Origin: Pelomyxa schiedti
Lineage: Eukaryota; Protista; Evosea
Direction of reading: 5' to 3'
Length of the DNA stretch: 34,906 nucleotides
Assembly (NCBI GenBank): GCA_020536535.1
Contig: JAHLWZ010000975.1
Span: forward strand, 1-34,906
Part shown: in pieces, positions 10,695-22,900 of the stretch
How the letters are laid out: each line of letters begins with the position of its first letter
How positions within the stretch are numbered: position 1 is the stretch's first letter
Notes under the pieces: generated by a model
Told to the model about the DNA's origin: nothing
What the model saw: the letters and a program-made list of their open reading frames with translations, nothing else
Databases searched by the model: none
Translations under genes and position numbers: made by a program

Positions 10695-11632
10695 TCAGTT
10701 CAAGCGAATGAGATTTCCGAATTCAGAAGATGTTTGTGGCTGAAGAAGTCCAACGTGTGGCAATGTAGACACATGAAGAAAACATAGAGGACTTGGGTTG
10801 TTCAGGGGAAGACCTACAGTTGTTGTGAATTCGTTTGTTGGTGTTGTTACAGCTAGAACCTTTTTGTAGATAATATCTAGAATATGGGCTACTCCTTGTT
10901 CAAGGAATTGCTGGTTCTGTTTGCCTGGAATGTGTACAAACCCGGCAAGGGGAATCATAATGTTCTGTAGTGTTCCGACTTCTTTAATTAACCACTTAGA
11001 ACGAACAGTCATCCATTATAACAGCAGAAGCTACCTTGAAGCTGCATTTTTCTAGAATGAGCTCTCCACAACGTTGAATACAAAGCCAAGTTACAGAAAT
11101 AAGTTCCTGCATGCCACGACACAGAAGCAGATATTCCCCTATGGCCCAGCTGCTCAGCCAACCAGCTTGACCCGAGTGTGGATTGCAGTGCCAAAGGGCC
11201 CCCATTGACCAGAGCCACTCCATCCCCAGGCCTTGTGATTCCATTAGCGTCAGGCCTTATGTGTTGCAAAACATTAAGTCCAATGCACTCAATGTGGAAC
11301 TCAGTGGCCTCAGGGTCCACACCAAGGTGGATAAATGCAAAGGCTGAGTCACTTACATCGCCGTGTTGGTCCCACAGTGTATTGATACCCATCTGTGCTT
11401 CGGTTGTCCTATTTGTTGCTCTTAGTTGATGTATTGGCAGCCAGAACTCTATCCAAATTTTAAGTGGAGCTCTTTACACAGGAAGAATTTGCGTGATAAT
11501 TCTACATGGGGGCAATAGAGCCAAGGCCTCAGGGCACACAGTTCGATTCTCTATTGCCCTCACTACCATCTCTGAGGGATTGGTTGGGGCCGATATGTAG
11601 GGCCCGTACCCTGTCAACACAACTTTCGGCAT
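10695..11632 (-). CDS. pcp: Pyroglutamyl peptidase I (pyrrolidone-carboxylate peptidase, family C15); multi-exon
   Basis: Starts MPKVVLTGYGPYISAPTNPS. Contains IHLGV, catalytic Glu in FHIECIGLN, catalytic Cys in SWHAGTYFCN and catalytic His in GFVHIP. Confidence 0.92.
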
Positions 11633-11790
11633 CGGCAATTAAACAACTTTTCTAAAGCCAACTCTGCAGCCCGTCGTCCCACAATCCACTCCTCGAGCTC
11701 TCTGCAACCAGAAGTACCCCCTCGTTTTCGTTTTGCTGTTCTAACCATTCCAAGTCACTTTTTCATCAAAGCCAAAAGGTACCAACCTTT

Positions 11791-12712
11791 TCACTCTGTG
11801 AGAAGAGGTAGAACTTGTCTGAGGTCACCTGTAATTGTGTGGCGCGCAGCTGCGGACACGGATTCTGACATCACATTGACGGCGATTGGAAGGCCCACAA
11901 TGCCAAATGCTGCTATGTCATTCGGTCCATCACCAATAAAAGCAACATCCTCCAGGTCAACCCCAAGCCCTTGGGCAATTTCTCGCAGCTTTATTGTTTT
12001 GTCCCATGGTACAATCACCTGAAAATGGGAGATTAGAAATCCGGCAGTGTCATCTTGTGGGAGGGAAAAACCACACTTTGACATCCCCTGTTACTGCACC
12101 ATTTTCACAAACAAGCTCATTGACAGCCACATGCTTTATGCCTAGAATTGAGGCAAAGTGGTTTGCAAGTACATCCAATCCAGCTGAGAGAATAGCTGTG
12201 GCAATTCCATGCCTGTGAAGTGCATCTAATAATTCAACAGCACCAGCAGCAATTTCTGTGGCCCTTGCCTGGAAGTGAAACAGAATTCATGAACGTAAGA
12301 AACACAAAGCAATACCAACCTCTTCAAGCACAACAGAGAGAGGGGTTCCTTTCCACAAAATTGTATCAGCTTTGGCCCTGATGTTAGTCATAAAAGCAAA
12401 ACACCAAATACAAAACTCCACCATTCTTCATATCCTATTTCCCCAGCAAAGAATCTCTCAGCGTTATGAGCAGCCTGTGCCTCGCAGCCTATTAGCAAAG
12501 GGGGGTTTTCCCCGTGTTGGTTTTCCACTAAAAACCGCGAGAGTTGCACGACCTAGCCTGATATGTAACCTCTTCCATATACTATTCCTCTCTGCTGATA
12601 AAGTACCATCCTACTTGCCAAAACAACAGACACTTAGCGGTGCAAAAAGCAACAGCACTGTTCAAACCAGGTCAAAAACCGCCAGTTTTATCTTCCGAGA
12701 TGATGACGACAT
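11791..12712 (-). CDS. HAD-superfamily hydrolase, phosphoserine phosphatase (SerB/PSP)-like; multi-exon
   Basis: Spliced protein MSSSSRKIKLAVFDL|DGTLS gives motif I (DxDxT). It also has ILSAG (motif II), WDKTIKL (motif III Lys) and AFIGDGPNDIAAF (motif IV). The substrate cannot be determined from sequence. Confidence 0.88.
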
Positions 12713-12984
12713 TGGCACCACACACCAACCTCAATACTTAAAGAAACAAAACCAATCACAAGAGCAGAACCCCAACCAACTCTTTTTTTTTTCCATTGTG
12801 GGATTTCGTGGTGGCACCGCAGCTCAAAGCTGGATCAGAATGAGTTGAGGCTGATCCCACTCTCTTTCCTGAAGTGCAAAGATCTGTAACTGCAACTTCT
12901 ATGGGATGTGCCGGTTCCATAATGGTTCGGCGGAAATTTTTTTGGCATTTTCTTCCTTTGGGGCTAAACAAGCTTGTTGACTTC

Positions 12985-15900
12985 ATGGAAGGGTACGACG
13001 ACGTCTTCTTGCTTGAAAAGCACCTTGTCGAGCCTCTGTTGGGTTCCTGCGACGTAGCCGCCGTGTATGGAAAAAATCTTTCTTGTAAACCTCTCTTGTT
13101 GGTTCTTGGCGTCGTTGCTTTACTTTTGTTTCCTTGTGGCTGTTTCGGTTTTTTTTGTTGTTGTTGTTGCTTTGTTGAAAGATCTCGCCAGGCGCACTTA
13201 CGACGGGAATAACCGACCGGTTTTTTACGACGAGTGCATTGCCTCGCTCTTCAGCCCAAAGTCAATAGCGGTTGTTGGTGCTACTGATCGTCCCGGCATT
13301 GGGAGGATTACACTTGCCAATATCAAGGGAGCCGTATGTCACCATTAGTTTCTATATTCATAAAATAAAATAAAATAAAAAGGGTACAAAGGCGGCAGTA
13401 TGGGGTATAAATCCTGGACGTAAAGTGGTTCTGGGACAACCATGTTTCCCTTCTGTCAAAGATTGCCCAAGCGTGCCAGACCTAGTAGTCATAGTTACAC
13501 CTGCTCCTACTGTTCCTGCCATTGTCCAACAGTGTGTTGACATTAGGGTCAAGGTAGTGTTGTTTTTTTTCCGTGGATACTTCCTGTTGACTCGCTTTAG
13601 GCAATTATTGTTATAAGCTCTGGATTCAAAGAAGTTGGGCCAGCAGGAAAGTTGTTGGAAGATCAAATCTCTGCTTCTCTACATTCCACAAGATATACAA
13701 GACTTGTAGGGCCAAACTGCCTCGGAATACACTGCTCTTACACCAATTTGAATACAACATTTGGGTCTTCCGAATGTACCCCTGTATGCCACCGTCCAAA
13801 ACACACACTGGCTTAAAATATTAGGGAAACTGTGCAGTTGCAAGCCAAAGTGGTGCTGTAATTTGTACGATTCTTGATTGGGCACTTCAAAATGGTATCG
13901 GGTTCAGCAGCATGGTCTCTGTTGGATCCATGTTAGATGTTACCTGGTATCTCTTGCTTTATCATTCATTGTGCCTAACTTTTCGAAGGGCTGAACTTTT
14001 GTTGTACTTTGGAAATGACCCAAACACTAAGTTCATTGTAATTTATATGGAATCTATTGGCAATGCAGAAGCTTTCATGGCAGCAGCTCAGCAAGTCACA
14101 CTTCGTAAGCCCGTTATTGTACTGAAAGCTGGACGTACTGATGTAAATTGCACCATATATTGTCTTGTATCTAATTCTTGTTCTTTTAGGAAGCTGCAAA
14201 GGCAGCAATGTCTCATACAGGAACACTAGCCGGATCTGATCATATTCTTGACGTTGCATTCAAGCGTGTTGGTGTGATTCGAGTAGACTCGATTACTGAG
14301 ATTTACTCTGTATGTTTGTATTTCCTCAGCACTGGCACATATCCCAACCAAAACAGAATATTATGATGTTTTCGTTTTCTCCCATTCCCAGAGGGCCCAA
14401 TGTTGCTGTAGTTACTCACGCTGGTGGTCCTGGCGTTATTTCTACTGATACCATTGCACAAGTTACTGGGTGAGTTCCACTAAACAAATATAGTAATACA
14501 CTTCAGTGTGGGGGAAAGCTTGCTACAATTCCAAAATCCGTCATAGATTCGTTGAATCCTCTTCTTCCCAAAAATTGGTCCATGGTACCTGGCAACCTAC
14601 CACCGATACTTCCCATTAACTCCATTTCTAGACAAATCCTCTGGACCTTAGTGGTGGTGCTTCTCCGGAGTGCTATCAGTATGTTCTTGACGCCCTGTCG
14701 CAATTAGAAGATGTCCACAGTGTAATGGCCATAGTTGCTCCTCTTTCAGGAATTTGTCCTGGGACACCAGTAGCTCAATACCTGAAGCAATTCAAAGATA
14801 GATGCCCCGATAAAACGTTAGTAGTGGGAATGCTGGGTGGTGATGAGTTACTATGTGCAAGAAAGGCATTAATCAGAAATCGTAAGATTAAATAGCTTTG
14901 GAAGAAAACTCACTCTATGTAGACATTGCCGCATTTAATGTTACGGACATAACGGCCAGGACTATCACTGCGTAATTGACTCTGATTTTTTCTTACTGAG
15001 AATGACATCTCCTCCTTAGTGCCTGGAATTACCGAAAAACTGTCATGGACTTGCATCAGCCCCCCAAAGCGCTTCCGCGATTACATGATCATTGGAAAGC
15101 GACGTCTACTGTGAACGAACTTTTGTCCACTGTACTACCGCTCTTTCGTGTTCTCTTTTAACAAGAATACGTCTATGTAGGTACAAGCAACAGGCAGAAC
15201 AATTCTTACTGAAGCAGAATCGAAAACCGTGCTAGAGGCGTATGGTATTCCGATTACCAAGACTATTCCCACTCGCTCTGTAGAGGAAGCACTTTCTGCA
15301 GCTAACTCAATCGGGTATCCGGTATGTGATTTCAGTGTTGGAGCAGGAATCTTACACAGATAAAGGTCGTGCTGAAGCTTCTTAGTGAAACAATTACCCA
15401 CAAATCTGATGTTGGTGGTGTTTTGCTCAACATAGACTCGGACGAGGCCGTGCGACTTGGCTTCGAAACAATCAAGGTAAATCAACATCATTTCAATCAC
15501 AAGGAATCAATGGATCCCAGATGAATCTTCAAAAATGTCATCCTGATACGTGGCAAACCCACTTCCTCGGTGTAACAGTCCAACCAATGATAAATGCAAG
15601 CGAATCACTGGAACTTCTCCTTGGAAGTAGGCCTTGTTCTTCTTTATTCAGTTCTAAACATCCACAGGCCATACCGATGCTCAACTAGGACCTGTTGTTG
15701 TTTTTGGTACTGGAGGAAAGTTGGTGGAAGTCTTTAAAGACACTGCAGTTGGGCTTCCACCTCTTGACGCCACATTAGTTGAAATGATGATGAAGCAGGT
15801 TCTTAGTGCAATTAGTGTGGTGTCGGTAGTTAATACAAATAGACGAAAATATTTAAAGCCCTGGGTGGCGTTAGAGGGAGCAAGCCTGTTGACTTGGACA

Positions 15901-16860
15901 AACTCATGGCAATAATTATCTCTTTTGGTGATATGATTTCCAATCATCCCCTTATCAAGGTTTCTCAATCCCTTTGTTTCTTGGCTTAATCTGCTCAGGA
16001 ATGTGACATCAATCCTCTTTTGGCTTCCTCTCAAAGAATAACTGCCGTAGATGGACGTATAGTCTTGTGGCCACAGAGTACATCCATACAATCAATCCCT
16101 AAGGCAACTGCCCTTTCACTTCCTTCATAGCCTCTAACATTTCTGGTTAGGCGGTGATAAAGCCGTATGCTTATGAGTTTGTGCGAGATATTACTATGAC
16201 CAATGGGGCACAAATAACTGTGCGCATGCTAAGGTACTGTACAATGAATTGAGGTTTTAGCCGACTCGTACTTCAAGAGTGGATGACTGTGCTGCATGGC
16301 AAGCATGGGGAAAGTTAGCCACCGAGGACACAGCGTACACATCACTGGCAATGGAATCCACCAAAGCCCAGCGCTTCAATTTTGCTCGCACTACGAGGAT
16401 CCTTTTCTCTTGCATGGATTCCTTTGGCATTGTTGCATTGGATACCCCCGGCCACATTCTGGCTGGTATAAGGTATTTGACCCCGTTCCACGGCTTTTCT
16501 CAGTCACATGAAATAGGATAATCAAATACTCCCATGCACAGTGCGTGTGCAGCCCGGTTTTCAGCATGGAGCAAATAGGCACCGAGCTGTTCAAACACAT
16601 CCTGCAACACACATGCCACGTGGCTTCCCACTATACACGCTGCTCCGAGATATCAGGTTCCTTCCCAACATACACATGAAAACCAAAATCAAAATTCACC
16701 AAACTAACCAACACAAACAGCGGTGGTACCTCTCACAAGGCACAATGCACCATGGGCTCACGGCGCCGCGATGGCCGCAGCCTTTGAGGCCTTTGGGTTC
16801 AAGGCAGACCCGAAATCCACAAGCGAATTGAGAATCCTGCACTTCCCACTTTCGCCCTGA
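12985..16860 (+). CDS. ADP-forming acyl-CoA synthetase alpha-beta fusion with C-terminal GNAT domain (Pat/YfiQ-like architecture); multi-exon, start codon uncertain
   Basis: CoA-binding/alpha part: [75 protein letters not shown]-grasp beta part: [57 protein letters not shown]-like tail: [31 protein letters not shown]...AFEAFGF. Predicted stop TGA at 16858-16860. Confidence 0.9.
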
Positions 16861-16984
16861 AGAAAATCACTTGTTCAAATATTTCCTTTGCAAGGAATGC
16901 CCCGCAGATCTTAGTTCCACACTTTGTTTAGCGAAATAATAAATTAATTTTAATTTCTTAAAAAAAAAACCAAACGAATCTGCG

Positions 16985-19900
16985 ATGCATCAACGAACAG
17001 AAACGCCATCACGCCCCCGTCCGTTATCGGTGAGGCTTTTTTTTGTTGTTTCTCTCTCGTCGCTCTATATTATTCCTACCTGTCATTAGTGTTTCCTTGT
17101 TTTTTGTTTTTTTTTTATCAGCATAATTTTTTTCCCCCCCTATAGGGTGTTATCATTGGTGCTAAGGGAAACCTGCAGCAATGCGTTAATTGTACTACAC
17201 AACCATCAAGCACACCAACATCACCATCTTTGACACCCATTTCCGCGCTGCCTTGTAGCGAATCACCGTTGCTGCCACTGTCACCGTCACCATCACAGTC
17301 ACTGACACAGGAGGATGCTTTTGCTTTTACTTTGGCACCACCACCATCTACACCAGCACCACTCCCACCATCCACACCTCGGATCACGCTATCATCTCTG
17401 CCACCCCTGCCCCCTCTGTCATCACTTTCGCTTCCTTCTGCGCCTCCTCCACCCCCTCCCTCTGTGTCTGCAATGCCACTGTCATCATCATCGCTTTCTT
17501 TGCCGCCACTGCCACTACCACCTTCTCCTTCAACCTCGAAAATGCCAGCATATCCGGCACCTTCTCCTCCCCTGGGAGTTTTGACTGTACCACTAAGCAC
17601 TACTGTGTGTAATTCTACACCACCAACTGGAATGAGCCCAAGTACTCTTCCAAGTGAATCCACTTCCACACCCCGAACTACATCTTCACCAACACTATCC
17701 TCATTTATTCCTGCTGTGCCATATTCGCACACAACTCTTCCACAGGCAAAGCATGTACCTCGGGCAACATCCACTCCTCTGGCACTTTCTTCTCCCCAAG
17801 TCCCAACAGCTGACATAACACCATTCCCCACGGCCATACCCGATGATGCCAAGCAAGTCGAGGTTCTCGTAGTAGGGATTCACGACCTCTGTGCTAAATC
17901 TCTTGCTACTCAATTTGTAGAGAGTATTTATCTCCCAGAAGAGCATGGTATCTAAGGCTCAACACCTTCCTTCTGACCTATTACCGGCAGAATTCACTCC
18001 TGGTTGTAAAATTGTAATGGCTGGCCTGTTTCCTGCAAAAGTTCATGTAACTCACATTTCATGGAACAATGTGGAACCTGGTCTTCTACAACTCGCTCCC
18101 AGTTCCAGTTTAGTGGTCTATGTGCAAAGTAGGACTGATTGTGTGTCATTTGGGCGACTTGAAGAAGCACTCGGGACACTGCATAAGAAATGCAAAGCAC
18201 GCACAGTCATGTGTGTGATTGATTCTAGAAAGGACATCACTGAAGAGTCAGCTCCAAATACAAAACGTTATGTTCGTGGTGCTGAATTTCTCTCTGTGCT
18301 GACAAAACTTGAACACATGGTGTGGATGCTGGGTTGTGCGGATGTTCGTGACACAGGTTCTGTCTGGTTTTTTTTCCAAGAAGTATTGTCAAATTTTCTT
18401 TCCAAGACACCAAGTAAGAAAATGTATGTTTCCATAGAAGAAATATTTTAAATGCAAACCTGAGCAACAGACAACATTGGTCACACTCTCTTCCTGAGCC
18501 ACAGCATTCACTCCCACGTGATCTTATAGAAAAAGTCTGCACAGGTCTCCAGCGAACCAAAACTGGAATACCTTCTTCAGAAGAGGAGATGACTCTGGAC
18601 ACTTTGATACATTCTTTGGTCGAGTTCCCTGGGGTAACTCTCCGCGATTTACTGTGCTTTAGATTAAGTGTGGTCTCTTTTTCCATACCGAAAATCTGAT
18701 CCGTTGCAGAAAAAAAACTTCTGTTTTTGGAAGAAAAGAGTTTTTTTGGTCTAATGTCACATTACCAACAGTTCCAAAACAATTTTGTTGAACAAGTTCA
18801 TCCAACTTACCAACTTCTCTACGAAGACACCCTAAAGCATCTCTCATCTAAAATTGTGGAAAGTATGGACTGTATTTTCTATTTTCTGGTCTCTAACAAA
18901 CAAAAAACACACAAAAAAAGAACCCCTTCGCGATGTGGCACCCAATTCCACTACAGTTTCCCTGGATTTCCTGTTTCTTTCAAAATTTCCGGGTACTTCT
19001 AACTCCCCATCAGTCTTTATTAATCTTGTATAAAAGAGAAACCTCTATCAGGGGTATCTTCCTCACTCACGGCACTCAATTTGTCTCACAACTGTCTTGT
19101 GGAAATTCCTTCTTCAATATCTTTTTTACGCAATCTTCTAAACCTTAACTTGTCCTGTAAGTCTTCCCCCTTAAAAAAAATCTTCTTTTCTTTTTTTTTT
19201 TTTTGTAACAATAGACCAAAACAAGGGAATAACCTCACTTGTCTGCCAGCCTCACTATCATTGCTATTCAACTTGACCACACTCAACGTTGGTTCCAATT
19301 CTTTTCCAGAGTTAATACTTTCCAGATAGAGCACAATCAACTGGCCTCCTTGCCAGAGTCTCTTGGAAATTGCCTGTTAATGGAACTCAGATGTGGATAC
19401 AACAACGTATTTTTATGATATCCTTAGTCGATTTATCTAAATCTCCCCAGCTACAAATGCTACCACTGAGCTTGACGCACCATTTGGCACACAAGCAGTT
19501 GTCATGTGACCCTAATCCCTTCCATGAGCTGCCTCCCTCACGCGATCTCCTACACTACTTACAGCAATGTTCGAAAACTCAGAGTTCTCGTTGGCCCAGA
19601 GTGAAGCTTGTTCTTGTTGGGCCTGTATGTTGTATAGATAACATTATTTGGCTAATCACACCATAAATACAAAGGAAAATGTCGGAAAAACAACTATTGC
19701 CAACCGGTTGCAATCCAAAACACATGATGGGATTTCTACAGGTGATGAGAATTATCGAGGCATGCATAAGTAAACAATCTTTCTAGATGGCATAGATATT
19801 CAGTTCCTGACTATTAAAACGATTGATTTTAGTCTCTGGGGTATTTCTTCTCTCTCCTTCATTACTTTTTGATCCCCAACAAGACTTCGGTGGACAGGTA

Positions 19901-22900
19901 TGCCTTAATGCCAAATTGTTATTATCCTAACACGAAGTTTCTAAAGGCAACTTTCCTGCCAACACATCAGGTAAGGTTTCTGTATGTTGTTGTAAATATG
20001 GCCTTAGTGAATACAGTTTTTCTTGACTGGGCGCGCCTTATACCTTGTTGTATACGATCTGCAAAACCCAAATTTCGCTCGAAATGAATATTGGATCAGG
20101 TGCTTGCATCGTCCACATCTGGATGTGAACTGATCCTCGTAATAGGCAAATTTTGCACACTTCCAGATCTGGGCCAGTCCCACCTGTTATTCTTGTTGGT
20201 ACACGAGCAGATAGACTCGCCTCACTTGAACAAGCTTCTCAGATTAGTGAAGCTGTGACTACACAACTTCGTTGCATATGTAAATCAATGGTAGCCAGTG
20301 TCGTCGTTTCAGGAAAGGATGGAGATCTGTCTCCTCTAGAAGATGCAATTTTGAGAGCAACTTCACAGAAGCAGAGTGTTCTGTGTCCAATGGTTAAGAT
20401 TACACTCAATTTTAAAAAGTGGTTACTTCTGCTAGGTACCCACAGGGTACATTTTATTGGACGAACTTATACAAGAAAAAAAGAAGTCCTTGCCTTATGT
20501 GAACTGGACAGTTTTCAGTCAGTGGGCATCAGAACCTTCAGTTGATCTGGGTTCTGAACACTTAAAAGAGGTAGAACAGTTATTTGTATTTACACTCAGT
20601 AACTCAGGTGACCTCTTTTCTGCATTCAGTCGGGTCCATTGTGCACTACGACTCCAATAGCTCTCAACTTGGAGATTATGTTGTTCTCCAACCTAAGTTT
20701 TTAGCTGGTCATTCCTCTCTATCTTACTTTTTCCTTATATTTATCTTAGATCTGATGTCAACTACAGTCACGTTTAAGACTAATATTGGCAGTGGGTTCT
20801 TGGGCCGGGAGACTCTTACTCAACTTTGGCAGCACTACAACGCAGAAACACACCCGATGCTGATCGAACTGTTATCTTTATTTTTGGTTCTGCTCCCTAT
20901 TTGTATAAACAGAAAAGAGGGCTTTCTAGTCCCTTGGTAAAATATAAGAAGCAATACCAGTATTACTTACTATGCTGCAGTGCTTTACCCGAAAAACCTC
21001 CCCCAGAGGCAGAAACATTTGGAACTGCAACCGAATATCAGACTTATAAAAAATACGGTACTTGGCTTTCACTGGACTGCACAGAAAAAGTAACTTTGTT
21101 AAGACAGGATTTATAGCTTTCCAGGTTTACCTATTGGTCTCTTTGGTAGACTACTAGTACGAATTATGCACCTACCAAACATCACAAATTTCTTATTTTG
21201 GCGGGACAATTTGCAAATTGAAGTTCTTCCTGAGGGTGGTATGTTTCCCTCTCAATTTGATTACCTGAATAACATGAATTAGATGCACGGAAGCAGTTGG
21301 GTTCTGTCGTTTTTGATTCTGCGGCTGGATTAACTCAATTTTTGATTATTTCCGTGAAACTACCACCTCACGCTGTGTGAAGTCACTTCCCTTACCACCT
21401 CCAATCTGATATTTCCATAGAAGCCTTATCTGATGTCCAAGGTTCTTTTATGTGTAGACACTACTATAGAATGCTTTTATAAGTATGGTTTCCGCTTTCT
21501 TTCCTGCTGCTTCCATCCCTTTTTTAGGGGGCTACAAGTTGATTTGCATCAATTTGTTACATGCACACACTGTCCTGAACCATCTGCCAATTCACCTTTA
21601 GCACACCAGTTTCCCCTGGAGGAGGTATTTTCTGCTTTGACTAACAAGACCACTTTGCTATGCCCTGTAAGTCAAATGAGTGTATGTTAGTCTGTGACAT
21701 CCCCTAGGTAGAGAAAATTAATGTCCGTCCTCATTTATTGGCACCAGACTTGATGATTCCAAATTGCAACCAAATCAGTGAACAGGAGATTCAAGACTTA
21801 ATACCGATAGGACAAGGTTTTCCTTTGTAGAATTTTAAATTTGCCAAATCCTAACGTGCAACAGGAGGCTTCGGAAAGATATACAAGGGTTTGTAGCAAA
21901 GTTTGATAATGGATCCACCGACAAATCAATAAGGTATTTGGGATGGCAAAGAGGTTGCAGTTAAGGAAATGCTCGTTGGGTCTGATGAAGAGACTGGTCT
22001 CGAAAAATTCAACGAATTTCAAAGGGAAGTCGAGTTAATGAGGTAATGGAAGAAATGATACTCTCACCTTCTCACTTTTTGTAGCATGTTAAATTCCCCC
22101 TATATTGTCAAGCTCTTTGGGATTTCGTCTCCCAGTACAATAGGAAAAATGCCAATGATGGTCATGGAATTTGTGACAATGGGAGACCTAATGAAAGTTC
22201 TCCAAAAGAAGTCTGTCACTCCAGAAGTTTCAAGTATAAAGCCACGTTTCATATAAGTGGCTCATTTTTTACAGCGTCTATGCCTCTGGGGGATGGCCTG
22301 AATCAGTACCCCGAAGAAGACCCAACATACCTTTTTAAAATGAGGTTTAGTTCCTTTTATTTCCAAATGAGGTGCTTTTTTTTTTTCTAAGCCTAACATA
22401 GTTGGAGACTACGACTTCTTTTGGCTCTGGATATTGCAAAAGGGTTGTCTTACCTTCACTCCTTACATCCTCCTGTTATACACAGGTTGCTTGAGGCTTA
22501 ATTTTGGTACTAATACTCTCTACAGAGATCTTCGTAGCCCTAATATCTTTGTGCGTTATTGTATCTATTAACATCTCACACCAATTGATTTCAGATTAAA
22601 ACATTGGACCCAGAGGCACCAGTTCGAGCCAAAGTGGCTGACTGTAACTCTCACCCAGTCATTCTCCTCACTAATTTCTTCCTTTTTTAACACAGTCGGC
22701 CTCAGCATAACTGCAGCTGGAGGTGTCAAAGGAAACCTGAATACGTGGCAGGTACCTTTTTAGACAAACTGTTCTGATAATGACTAAATGAATAAAAGTG
22801 GTTAGCTCCAGAGGTAATTGATTCTGATACGGAGAAATACGATTGCCAGTCGGATATCTTCAGCCTTGGGGTATTCTACATAACTTGATTTCATTTTTTA

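Noticed and set aside
10695-16860. Bacterial contamination, operon or prophage
   Set aside because: Every prokaryote-type gene here needs spliceosomal introns removed to give an intact protein.
17118-17852. 244-aa minus-strand Gly-rich ORF
   Set aside because: Antisense shadow of the Pro/Ser-rich exon of the Roco gene.
18570-18860. Possible RasGEF N-terminal (REM)-like segment in the Roco protein (TLDTLIHSLVEFPG..FFGLMSHYQQF)
   Set aside because: The resemblance is too weak by eye and exon joins are uncertain; it needs a profile search.
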